This document shows, in pieces, positions 1 to 7,616 of a stretch of DNA of 64,000 bases. The stretch is from Escherichia phage pEC-N1203-2Af.1: the sequence record OQ540978.1. One strand, 5' to 3'. The notes below the pieces were generated by a model that had not been told where the DNA came from, searched no databases, and saw nothing but the letters and a program-made list of their open reading frames with translations. Numbering within the stretch: position 1 is the stretch's first letter; each line of letters opens with the position of its first letter. The position numbers and the translations under genes are program-made.

Positions 1-2
1 GA

Positions 3-167
3 ATCAAGAATGTCTACCAAGAGAAAGGTGGGACATTCTGTGTATCTGTTCAAAAAGACGGTAAACGTGAGTCTGTATATGGAGTGAAAACTCTTGAAGA
101 GGCAAAGCTTTTGGCTAAGTCTATGAGAAGTAGGCTTCATCTCTCCTTTAATGTGGATGAAAGATAA
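3..167 (+). CDS. hypothetical protein, 5'-truncated at window edge; first of three tandem paralogs
   Basis: Open frame from window start to TAA at 165-167; shares a KT(L/R)E(E/D)A(K/R)..KK motif with the next two ORFs. Confidence 0.35.
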   Translation: MKNVYQEKGGTFCVSVQKDGKRESVYGVKTLEEAKLLAKSMRSRLHLSFNVDER

Positions 168-368
168 ATGAAAAATTTTTGGTTAGTTAAAACAGAGTGG
201 AAGAGTGGTGGTGTAACAATGACCTACCAGAAGACACGGGAAGATGCACGCAACTTTAAGAAGTCGGTCTGTGCGTTAAATGATGGCTCTACTGTCTCTG
301 TCAAAATTCTCAAGGCCAGAGAGTATTCCTCTGGTCGTGTTTATATCAGCGGAAAGGTACACTACTGA
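168..368 (+). CDS. hypothetical small protein (tandem paralog 2)
   Basis: 66-aa ORF with ATG start; motif QKTREDARNFKK shared with neighbours. Confidence 0.45.
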   Translation: MKNFWLVKTEWKSGGVTMTYQKTREDARNFKKSVCALNDGSTVSVKILKAREYSSGRVYISGKVHY

Positions 369-577
369 TGAAAAAGATGTGGGCTATTCGTGTTGTTTGG
401 AATCATGAACAACACATGGGTAAAGATAATATCAAACTGTTTAACACTCGTAAAGATGCTCGTATTGCTAAGAAAGAATTGAAGAGTCTGATCGGAACAG
501 TCAAACGTGCTAACATACATCGTTGGATTGAATTCTCAGAAGGTACTTGTATGCTATCTCGGAGTGTTTACTACTAA
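368..577 (+). CDS. hypothetical small protein (tandem paralog 3)
   Basis: 69-aa ORF; start overlaps previous stop; NTRKDARIAKKELK motif. Confidence 0.45.
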   Translation: MKKMWAIRVVWNHEQHMGKDNIKLFNTRKDARIAKKELKSLIGTVKRANIHRWIEFSEGTCMLSRSVYY

Positions 578-780
578 TGAAACTATTTGAGGATTTAAAA
601 ATCGGGGATGTTTTCGTAGTTGAAGGAGGTTTTGTCTTAACAAAAACCACAGAGACAGAAGCGGAATTTCCAGACGCACCAAACGTTGGAAAAATAAAAC
701 ACTTCCCTGATTGTGAAACTTTCACAGAAGAAGAATTCAAGCAACTATTCAGAGATAAGCCCAGAGAGGTTTTGATCTAA
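577..780 (+). CDS. small protein of the GDVF paralog family
   Basis: Start at internal ATG 577 (TAATG overlap with upstream stop); MKLFEDLKIGDVFVVEGG matches the family motif. Confidence 0.5.
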   Translation: MKLFEDLKIGDVFVVEGGFVLTKTTETEAEFPDAPNVGKIKHFPDCETFTEEEFKQLFRDKPREVLI

Positions 781-804
781 TTGGTAGTAGATATGGTAAC
801 TCTC

Positions 805-814
805 AAATGTATAT
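805..814 (+). promoter_or_regulatory. candidate phage-sigma (late/middle) promoter motif AAATGTATAT
   Basis: One-mismatch variant of the TAATGTATA motif, 39 nt upstream of the ATG at 853. Confidence 0.3.
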
Positions 815-852
815 AGAGTACAATAAGAATTTGTATTTTACAGGAGAGAGTT

Positions 853-1182
853 ATGTTAGATTTGAGTAAAGTGGCCCCGCCCACTGAAGAGATTACAAAA
901 TCCAAGGTGATGCAACAGTTTTATCATCGTGATATGCTTGGTCGCTTTATCAAGAATCGTGATGTTGTTGCTTGGTCTATTGGTAATCAGGGATATCTGT
1001 TGAAGGTTCTTCAGGTTACAGGTTCAACTGCTAAGCGAGTTAAGGTGTATGACCCTGAAATGGGGCGTTCTAAGTCAGTAGACCCACAGAACTGCATCGT
1101 AATTACCCAGCAGGTAATGGATAATATTGCACGTAACGTTGCTAACTCAGTTGAACTTGATGGAGAAAACCCAAATGCATAA
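853..1182 (+). CDS. hypothetical protein
   Basis: 109-aa ORF with ATG start; no recognisable motif. Confidence 0.45.
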   Translation: MLDLSKVAPPTEEITKSKVMQQFYHRDMLGRFIKNRDVVAWSIGNQGYLLKVLQVTGSTAKRVKVYDPEMGRSKSVDPQNCIVITQQVMDNIARNVANSVELDGENPNA

Positions 1183-1738
1183 GAATGTCTTTGATTTACC
1201 TGAGATTGGTCGTGCCGACTATAATATGTTAGACCGGTCTGAGCTTTCAATCTCTCGCCTTGAAACGATGCAAGGAATGATTAGCGGAAACAGCCTAGAA
1301 CACATCCTGAGCTGCTTACAAGCTAACATGGAACTCTTGCATATCAAAGCTAAAAACTACCACTGGAACGTCTCTGGTGCAGGATTTCAGGGTGTTCATG
1401 GTATGTTTGATGAGCTGGAAGATTACGCACGACAAGTAGGAGATCGTATTGCTGAACGTATGCGTTACCACTGTGTTAAAGTGGACGCTACAGCAGCCAA
1501 TTATCTTTCTCATGCTTGGTTCTCAGAGGGTAATGCTGACCTAGACATGGACGGTATGCTCTCTGATATGTGCATGACCTTGATGTGTATTATTGAGAAG
1601 ATGGATGAGTTTGATGGTGATTTAGCCACTTATCCAGTTGATCAGAGTATGCTTCAAGAAATAAATGAAGGTCTTGGCAAGTATTGCTACTTCGTCAAGA
1701 GCAACATGTCCCACTCAAGTGGTGATGTGTCTTACTAA
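1175..1738 (+). CDS. Dps-like (ferritin-fold DNA-binding) protein
   Basis: Start moved to internal ATG 1175 (GGAG upstream); KNYHWNVSGAGFQGVHGMFDELEDYARQVGDRIAERM resembles the Dps signature (HWNV.G..F..LH...EE.Y ... IAERI) as recalled. Confidence 0.55.
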   Translation: MHKNVFDLPEIGRADYNMLDRSELSISRLETMQGMISGNSLEHILSCLQANMELLHIKAKNYHWNVSGAGFQGVHGMFDELEDYARQVGDRIAERMRYHCVKVDATAANYLSHAWFSEGNADLDMDGMLSDMCMTLMCIIEKMDEFDGDLATYPVDQSMLQEINEGLGKYCYFVKSNMSHSSGDVSY

Positions 1739-1799
1739 AAACCTCCGCCCTGTCTCCTAACCCGAGGTGGGGCGAACTTATTTATAAGGATATAGATAT

Positions 1800-1979
1800 A
1801 TGTTATCAGCAATCGTATGGGGTATTTGGGCTATCTTTATTGGTGGTGGTATTTATTGGGCTTCTGGTAAGCTTATTGAAGAGACCCCTGATAAGAAAGG
1901 TGAGATTCAAACCGCATCAACCATTATGGTTATTGTAGCTGTTGTTATCCCATTCCTGCTTCACCTACTGACCGCATAA
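1800..1979 (+). CDS. small membrane protein (two predicted TM helices)
   Basis: 59-aa ORF below the track cutoff, translated by hand; AAGGA upstream; very hydrophobic. Confidence 0.3.
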   Translation: MLSAIVWGIWAIFIGGGIYWASGKLIEETPDKKGEIQTASTIMVIVAVVIPFLLHLLTA

Positions 1980-1988
1980 GGTTCTTAA

Positions 1989-2159
1989 ATGAAGGACGAA
2001 TATAAAGCCCACACGGTGATTGTTTGTCAGTGTGTGATGGCATTAGGTGTTACTAAAAAGGTAGCTGAGGATTTAGCCAAAGCTCAAGGGTACAAAGATT
2101 ACATTGTAATCCCTACCACTAAGCGCCACCTTGAAGAATTTGTTAATGAGGGTTGTTAA
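1989..2159 (+). CDS. hypothetical small protein
   Basis: 56-aa ORF translated by hand; fills the gap before the redoxin gene. Confidence 0.25.
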   Translation: MKDEYKAHTVIVCQCVMALGVTKKVAEDLAKAQGYKDYIVIPTTKRHLEEFVNEGC

Positions 2160-2434
2160 TGTCTAAAGTAATTAAGTTTTATAGTGATCAGTGTGCTCCA
2201 TGTAAAGCAATGGCTCCTACCTTTGAGAAGGTTGTTAAGGAGTTTGATGTAGAAGTAGAAGAGATTAACATCCTTGAGGGTGATGGTCGTGAGCAAGCTG
2301 TTAAGTATGGTGTACGAAGCATTCCTGCTTTCGTTGTGCCTGACCGTAATAGTGGTGCACACTATAGCCTCTCTGGTATGCAAACCGAAGCAAACCTGAA
2401 AGCATTTTTGGATACAGCTTTAGGTGTTAACTGA
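2159..2434 (+). CDS. thioredoxin/glutaredoxin-fold redoxin (CxxC)
   Basis: SKVIKFYSDQCAPCKAM: CxxC near the N-terminus of a ~90-aa protein. Confidence 0.6.
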   Translation: MSKVIKFYSDQCAPCKAMAPTFEKVVKEFDVEVEEINILEGDGREQAVKYGVRSIPAFVVPDRNSGAHYSLSGMQTEANLKAFLDTALGVN

Positions 2435-2903
2435 TAAGATAAAAGAAGACCTAGCATATGACCCTGATACTGGAATCTTTAGGTGGAAGAACACTAAAGG
2501 TCGTAGAATATCAGGGAATATTGCTGGGTGTGTCTCAACATTAGGTTACAGGTATATCTATTATGAAGGAAAATCTTACAGAGCGTGTCGGTTAGCTTGG
2601 TTTTTCTCTTACGGAAAGATGCCTGAGTTTGAGATTGATCATATCAACCAGATTAAACTGGATGACTCTCTTAAAAATCTAAGAGATGTTGACCCATCTA
2701 CAAACTGTCATAACAGAAAACAATATAACAGAGCCGGAAAAGCTGGAAAGCTCCCAATGGGTGTTTACATCAGAGAGACGGCTAGTGGCACAAAATTCAG
2801 AGCTATCATCGGAGTTAATGGAAAGACTAAGCATTTAGGGACTTTCCATACTCCAGAGGAAGCAGAGATTGCTTATAACAAGGAGAAGTTGAAGTATGAA
2901 TGA
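2424..2903 (+). CDS. HNH homing endonuclease with AP2-like DNA-binding domain (free-standing)
   Basis: EIDHINQ...NLRDVDPSTNCHNRK (HNH) and GVYIRE...FRAIIGVNGKTKHLGTFHTPEEAEIAY (AP2-like); GTG start overlaps redoxin stop. Confidence 0.65.
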   Translation: MLTDKIKEDLAYDPDTGIFRWKNTKGRRISGNIAGCVSTLGYRYIYYEGKSYRACRLAWFFSYGKMPEFEIDHINQIKLDDSLKNLRDVDPSTNCHNRKQYNRAGKAGKLPMGVYIRETASGTKFRAIIGVNGKTKHLGTFHTPEEAEIAYNKEKLKYE

Positions 2904-3552
2904 ACAATTGCAAGCAACATTGATTGAAGCTATGGGTAGTGATAAAACTGTTGTTAATGCTGCAAGGGTTTCTTTTGGTGTTGTTCGAGAAGGTGATTTG
3001 AATGATCGTGATACTCGGCTGATTAATTTCTTAGCTAGAGAGAAACATTGCACCCCGTTCCGTCATCCACAAGTATCCTTTCGCTGTAAGGCTCCAATTG
3101 CAATCGCTCGTCAACTACAGAAGCATCAGGTTGGATTCTCGTGGAACGAAATGTCCCGGCGGTATAAAGATGGAGCAGTTGAAGTCTTCATCCCTAAAGA
3201 GATTTTTGCGAGACCTTCGGACCTCCATGCAGGTTCAGGGGTTCAACTCATCGATGGAGAACGAGCTGAAGCATTGATGTTGATTAACGATGCATATGAA
3301 GCTTCTCTAGCAGCATATGACAAGTTGATTGAATTCGTTGCACCAGAGCAAGCCCGATTTGTTCTTCCTCAGGGAATGATCACTGAGTGGGTGTGGACTG
3401 GTTCTTTATATGGCTGGTTTGAGTTGTGTCGTCAGCGACTCTCCTCTCACGCTCAATACGAAGTTCGAGTATTTGCTCAATCTCTGGATGAAGAGATGGC
3501 TAAACTCTACCCAATCTCGTGGGCAGCTCTGAAGAAAACTTTGGAGAATTAA
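2896..3552 (+). CDS. thyX: flavin-dependent thymidylate synthase ThyX (divergent signature)
   Basis: AARVSFGV, HCTPFRHPQVSFRCKAPIAIARQ and S.RRY align to ThyX as recalled; the RHR position reads KHQ. Confidence 0.65.
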   Translation: MNEQLQATLIEAMGSDKTVVNAARVSFGVVREGDLNDRDTRLINFLAREKHCTPFRHPQVSFRCKAPIAIARQLQKHQVGFSWNEMSRRYKDGAVEVFIPKEIFARPSDLHAGSGVQLIDGERAEALMLINDAYEASLAAYDKLIEFVAPEQARFVLPQGMITEWVWTGSLYGWFELCRQRLSSHAQYEVRVFAQSLDEEMAKLYPISWAALKKTLEN

Positions 3553-3554
3553 AA

Positions 3555-3776
3555 ATGGCTAGTAGAAGTATTTGGATTCTGAGTCGTTTTGAAGAGACAG
3601 ATAGAGGGGAGCACGCAGAAGTGCTTTGCTCTTTCATTAGATACCCCACAAAGCAACAGCTTGAAGATGCTGGAGTAGAAATAAATCTTTCTCAATCTCT
3701 TTTTGATAAAAAGATTTCCAAGTTAACAGCCCCATTCTTTGGTTATTATTACACACTTGAGAGTTGGAGCTACTAA
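3555..3776 (+). CDS. hypothetical protein
   Basis: Start moved to ATG 3555 just after thyX stop. Confidence 0.4.
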   Translation: MASRSIWILSRFEETDRGEHAEVLCSFIRYPTKQQLEDAGVEINLSQSLFDKKISKLTAPFFGYYYTLESWSY

Positions 3777-3947
3777 TGAATGATTCTTGTTTGGAGAATT
3801 AATGTTGGAAGAAGATGATGATGTGTTCTGCACCAAGTGTGAGATGACAGTTGATGATGCATATGACCCAAGTGTAGAAATTTGCCCTTGTTGTGGAGTA
3901 TGTGAATATTGCTGTTCCCACAACTCAGAGGATTAGCAGGAGAAAAG

Positions 3948-4133
3948 ATGGAAAAGAAAGTCTGTAGCTTCTGTAAGAAAGAGAAGCCTATCGCCAACTT
4001 CAAACCCAACCCTGTGACGGGTCTGTCTCATGTTATGTGTCACTCTTGTAGGATATATCTTGAAACAAAGCACACCATTAACAGGTTGCATTATTATCAC
4101 CCAACAACATTCAAATTTAAGGTTGTGAAATGA
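3948..4133 (+). CDS. hypothetical Cys-rich (zinc-ribbon-like) protein
   Basis: MEKKVCSFCKK...CHSC; start chosen at internal ATG. Confidence 0.35.
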   Translation: MEKKVCSFCKKEKPIANFKPNPVTGLSHVMCHSCRIYLETKHTINRLHYYHPTTFKFKVVK

Positions 4134-4459
4134 TTGACAGTAATACATTTAGGACTTCAAATGGAAGTGAGATAAGTCCCGCTGAAGTAATTAATCGGCA
4201 TAGAAGGCAATTGATCATCCATTCCTATTTGTATTACTGGTTGGATGACCCTATCTGGTCTGATGATAAATGGCAACAAGTTGCTAATGATTTGGTTGAG
4301 TTGCAATCCTTGTATCCAGAGCCTACCGGAGTGTTTGACAATGAGTTCAAAGATTGGGATGGTTCTACAGGGATGCATCTCCCACACAATGAGGCTGTTG
4401 CTTGTATGGCGACAGCTGTTTACAGGATTCATAAAGATATGAACCATGAAGTGCTCTAG
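4130..4459 (+). CDS. hypothetical protein resembling the N-terminal Ia domain of NAD-dependent DNA ligase
   Basis: RRQLIIHSYLYYWLDDPIWSDDKWQQVANDLVELQSLYPEP compared with LigA N-terminus recalled from memory; no adenylation domain present. Confidence 0.4.
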   Translation: MIDSNTFRTSNGSEISPAEVINRHRRQLIIHSYLYYWLDDPIWSDDKWQQVANDLVELQSLYPEPTGVFDNEFKDWDGSTGMHLPHNEAVACMATAVYRIHKDMNHEVL

Positions 4460-4631
4460 ATGTGAAGGAACAAACCTTCATTTAAGTAACAAGGTTATCA
4501 GAGAGCTTGCCAAAGGCTCTCCAACCAAAGGGAAGAACAAACGATTTACTAACGTCAGGGTTTATACAGCAATCTGTAAAGACTGCTTAACTACTGAATG
4601 TCATTACGAAGAAATTGGAGAGCGTAAATGA
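4446..4631 (+). CDS. hypothetical zinc-ribbon protein
   Basis: CSRCEG...CKDC motif pair in 61 aa. Confidence 0.4.
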   Translation: MKCSRCEGTNLHLSNKVIRELAKGSPTKGKNKRFTNVRVYTAICKDCLTTECHYEEIGERK

Positions 4632-5371
4632 GTCGTCGTCAATCACGGAAAGAATCACGGAAAGACCTTCGTCGGGAAGCACTTGTCACTCGTAAGGGTA
4701 AGCGCGAGTTTGAAGAGGTGGTTTTAGCAAAGCCTGTAGTCCCTCAGAACCAGTTCCAGTCTGAACTGCTCAATGCTATCAAGACTAAACAAGTTGTGTT
4801 CACAGACGCTCCTGCGGGCTGTGGTAAGACCTTTGTAATCACTTCCACAGTTATTGATGCACTGAAGAGTGGTAAGATTCAGAAGATTATCCTGAGTCGT
4901 CCTTCAGTTGGTATGGGCAATTCTCTTGGGTTGCTTCCGGGAGGAATGCGTGAGAAGTTTGAACCTTACCTAATGCCTATCATTGATGTTATTACTCAGC
5001 GATATGGTAAAGGGTTCTATGAATGCCAGCTCGGTAATAGTAACATTGAGTTTGTACCTCTGGAATATCTCCGTGGTCGTTCTTTCAATGATGCTATTGT
5101 CATCGTAGATGAGTTCCAGAACACCACCAAAGATGAAGCCTTCTCAATCATGACTCGATTGGGAGAAACTTCTCAATTGTTCTGCATGGGTGATACTAAC
5201 CAGCATGATATGCGTGGTCGTGAGAGTGGTCTTACTTGGGCTACTAACTTTATTGATGAACATGATCTGTATGAGTTCGCTGAGATTGTAGACGGCGAAT
5301 CAGATGACATTGTTCGTTCTGGTTTCTGTAAAGCCATTGTTAAAGCTATGGAAAAGGAACAAGAGAAGTGA
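4628..5371 (+). CDS. phoH: PhoH-like ATPase
   Basis: Walker A FTDAPAGCGKTF and Walker B IVIVDEF; typical PhoH size. Confidence 0.8.
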   Translation: MSRRQSRKESRKDLRREALVTRKGKREFEEVVLAKPVVPQNQFQSELLNAIKTKQVVFTDAPAGCGKTFVITSTVIDALKSGKIQKIILSRPSVGMGNSLGLLPGGMREKFEPYLMPIIDVITQRYGKGFYECQLGNSNIEFVPLEYLRGRSFNDAIVIVDEFQNTTKDEAFSIMTRLGETSQLFCMGDTNQHDMRGRESGLTWATNFIDEHDLYEFAEIVDGESDDIVRSGFCKAIVKAMEKEQEK

Positions 5372-5553
5372 AAGTAGCTCTAGTTATCCGAGATTGTGGT
5401 GATGGTTCAGCAACCATCGACTTCTACAAAAATATCGAACGAGCGTGCTTTGAGTGTGAAGAGTTCAATGAAGACACCTGCATGAATGATGGAGAACCTA
5501 CTATCATTGATGTTCCTGATGATTTTGTACCACCGGGAGGGTGGAGTGAATAA
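5368..5553 (+). CDS. hypothetical protein
   Basis: 61-aa ORF coupled to phoH stop. Confidence 0.4.
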   Translation: MKVALVIRDCGDGSATIDFYKNIERACFECEEFNEDTCMNDGEPTIIDVPDDFVPPGGWSE

Positions 5554-5734
5554 CACTCAAGAGTTAGTGATAGAAGAGATTAAAGCTCAGATAGTTGATA
5601 AGCTCTCTATCAGGGTTGATTCTAAAGACACTAAATGCTCTGGTATACTGAAAATAGAACTTCTTTACAATGGAGAAGTTATTTCCTTTGATGAGGTATA
5701 TGCCTCTGATATTAAATACTTAGCAGAGTTTTAA
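5546..5734 (+). CDS. hypothetical protein
   Basis: GTG start with GGGAGGG RBS at 5535-5541; overlaps upstream stop. Confidence 0.3.
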   Translation: MNNTQELVIEEIKAQIVDKLSIRVDSKDTKCSGILKIELLYNGEVISFDEVYASDIKYLAEF

Positions 5735-5743
5735 TAGCATCCA

Positions 5744-5752
5744 TAATGTATA
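5744..5752 (+). promoter_or_regulatory. candidate phage-sigma promoter motif TAATGTATA
   Basis: Exact TAATGTATA 37 nt upstream of ATG 5789. Confidence 0.4.
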
Positions 5753-5788
5753 CTCCTTAGTGTACACTGATATATTAAGGAGTTCTAA

Positions 5789-6103
5789 ATGGCAGATCAT
5801 GTAGGAAAAAGAGATTATGCGCAAGAAAGACGTACCGCAATTGCCCGTGGTGAGACAGGCGTTGGGAGCAAGAGCGGAGATGCTCAGCGCCACCGTGCAC
5901 GTCGCATCGTTGAAAAGCGCGATGGAAAAGCTGCTGTCAGAGGTAAAGATGTTGGACACAAACGAGCTGTCAAGTCTGGAGGCTCTAATGCGTCAAGCAA
6001 CTTACGTGTTGAATCAGTCAGCTCAAACCGTTCAAACGGCGGCAAAAGTGGTGATCGAGCTGGAAAAGCAGCTGGAGCACGCAAAGGAGCTTTAAGCTCG
6101 TAA
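5789..6103 (+). CDS. highly basic Arg/Gly/Lys/Ser-rich protein
   Basis: AAGGAG RBS 8 nt upstream; codon third positions AT-rich like the rest of the genome, unlike the overlapping frame at 5817. Confidence 0.5.
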   Translation: MADHVGKRDYAQERRTAIARGETGVGSKSGDAQRHRARRIVEKRDGKAAVRGKDVGHKRAVKSGGSNASSNLRVESVSSNRSNGGKSGDRAGKAAGARKGALSS

Positions 6104-6113
6104 AGAGGTTATC

Positions 6114-6407
6114 GTGTCAGCAGAAACAAAAAGATGTACGATTCACACTTACTGTAAATTCTGTAAAGCAGATGGTGTAAAAAGGGTTGCAACTTTAATG
6201 ACCAAGTATTCTCCAAGTAGAGGTTATAGAGATCACTATAAGCATTACTCTTGTAGTGACCATTCTCACTTATTAGAGGATACTGACCCAAACCGAACAA
6301 GAAGGGAGTCTAACATCGACTTGAGAGCTACTCTTAAGGAAATGAAAAACAACTCCCGAAACAACCATTATACTGAAGCTGACTACCAAACTTGGCTTCG
6401 TCTCTAG
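6114..6407 (+). CDS. hypothetical protein
   Basis: 97-aa ORF, GTG start with AGAGG upstream. Confidence 0.4.
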   Translation: MSAETKRCTIHTYCKFCKADGVKRVATLMTKYSPSRGYRDHYKHYSCSDHSHLLEDTDPNRTRRESNIDLRATLKEMKNNSRNNHYTEADYQTWLRL

Positions 6408-6410
6408 AAC

Positions 6411-6442
6411 AAAGGCTGCCTGATTAGGTGGCCTTTTCTTTT
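6411..6442 (+). terminator. rho-independent terminator
   Basis: AAAGGCTGCC / GGTGGCCTTT stem followed by TCTTTTAT. Confidence 0.5.
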
Positions 6443-6476
6443 ATATAAACCAAATTAAACTTCTTAGGTAATAAAT

Positions 6477-6728
6477 ATGTCTATTGTAAAATCTGTAAAT
6501 ATCATTGATGTAATGTCTAACAATCGTATGGTTAAATGGAAATTTACCAATAACCACGGCATTGCTAATATCATTGCAAACCAGATTGGTCATAACCCAA
6601 AAACAGCTCGTACTAACGTAATCCTCCGTGGGGCTGATGGTAAATTCATTTCCTACAAGAATAAAGGTGTAGAGAAAGAATTCCGTGTTGCAGTAGAAAA
6701 CCTCATCCCATTCCCTAAAGGAGTTTAA
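6477..6728 (+). CDS. hypothetical protein (tandem paralog pair, copy 1)
   Basis: KTARTNVILRGADGKFISYKNKG...ENLIPFPKGV matches the next ORF. Confidence 0.5.
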   Translation: MSIVKSVNIIDVMSNNRMVKWKFTNNHGIANIIANQIGHNPKTARTNVILRGADGKFISYKNKGVEKEFRVAVENLIPFPKGV

Positions 6729-6729
6729 T

Positions 6730-7014
6730 ATGAATAAGTTAGCTATGGTTCAGATTCGAGACACATACCCAAATCGCCCAGATCAGAAACCACGTACTTG
6801 GTCTTACCTACTGGCTGAGAGTAAGACTATCAACAAATATTTTGTAGAGATTGGTTGTATCCCAACCAGTATTACTTTACTTCCTCATAAAACAGCTAGA
6901 ACTCATGTAATGTTACGAGATAGTAAAGGTAAGTTTATCTCTTATCGAGATGCTCGAATCAATAGTGAAATCAAAGCTGCTATGGAATCTTTAACACCAT
7001 TCCCAAAAGGTTAA
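6730..7014 (+). CDS. hypothetical protein (tandem paralog pair, copy 2)
   Basis: KTARTHVMLRDSKGKFISYRD...ESLTPFPKG. Confidence 0.5.
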   Translation: MNKLAMVQIRDTYPNRPDQKPRTWSYLLAESKTINKYFVEIGCIPTSITLLPHKTARTHVMLRDSKGKFISYRDARINSEIKAAMESLTPFPKG

Positions 7015-7017
7015 ATA

Positions 7018-7176
7018 ATGAAAGAATATGTTTACGTAGGACAGTGCTGGTTTGGTGATGAATATGAAGCCGGTTACAGCGTTGTGAAAGCTTTTAAGTC
7101 TGAAGAAGATGCCAAGGCATGGGTCTGGAAAGATGATGTTGGCGAGAGAACTTACGTTAGAATAGAGGTGGAGTAG
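7018..7176 (+). CDS. hypothetical small protein
   Basis: 52-aa ORF translated by hand. Confidence 0.3.
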   Translation: MKEYVYVGQCWFGDEYEAGYSVVKAFKSEEDAKAWVWKDDVGERTYVRIEVE

Positions 7177-7177
7177 A

Positions 7178-7600
7178 ATGCCATTACCAGCTAGACACCA
7201 AAACCGTTTCTTAGTTCTCAAGTGGGATGATATCGAAATGAATCTCACTGAACATGAACTGGATTTGTTCCATGAGTTATTGTCAGAGATTCGCTCTGGT
7301 ATCCCTGATCGTCAGTATGTAGTTATCAGTGATAAACACCCTCAAGAGTTCGAAGAAGCTTGGGGCATGAAGCTGGCTTACATCCAGAGAGCTATCAGAG
7401 AAAGAGAAGAGGTTGCTAACCAAAGGGTTGTGGCTCATTTAGTACGAGAGCAACCTCGTGAAGCTAGGGCTAACCATGCACCACCTCCACCTACTCCTCG
7501 GATAGTTGTTAACGGGGCGGTTAGGGCTTACAGTTATGAAGCTACCGTGTTAGATGTGATAGAAGATAACCAAGCATTTACAGATTTACTTTACCAATAA
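7178..7600 (+). CDS. hypothetical protein
   Basis: 140-aa ORF. Confidence 0.45.
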   Translation: MPLPARHQNRFLVLKWDDIEMNLTEHELDLFHELLSEIRSGIPDRQYVVISDKHPQEFEEAWGMKLAYIQRAIREREEVANQRVVAHLVREQPREARANHAPPPPTPRIVVNGAVRAYSYEATVLDVIEDNQAFTDLLYQ

Positions 7601-7616
7601 TTTAAAGGAGTATAAA

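Noticed and set aside
5817-6095. Alternative-frame 92-aa ORF encoding a helical protein
   Set aside because: Third codon positions are G/C-rich, unlike genuine genes in this genome; the overlapping 5789 frame has the typical AT-rich third positions and a better RBS.
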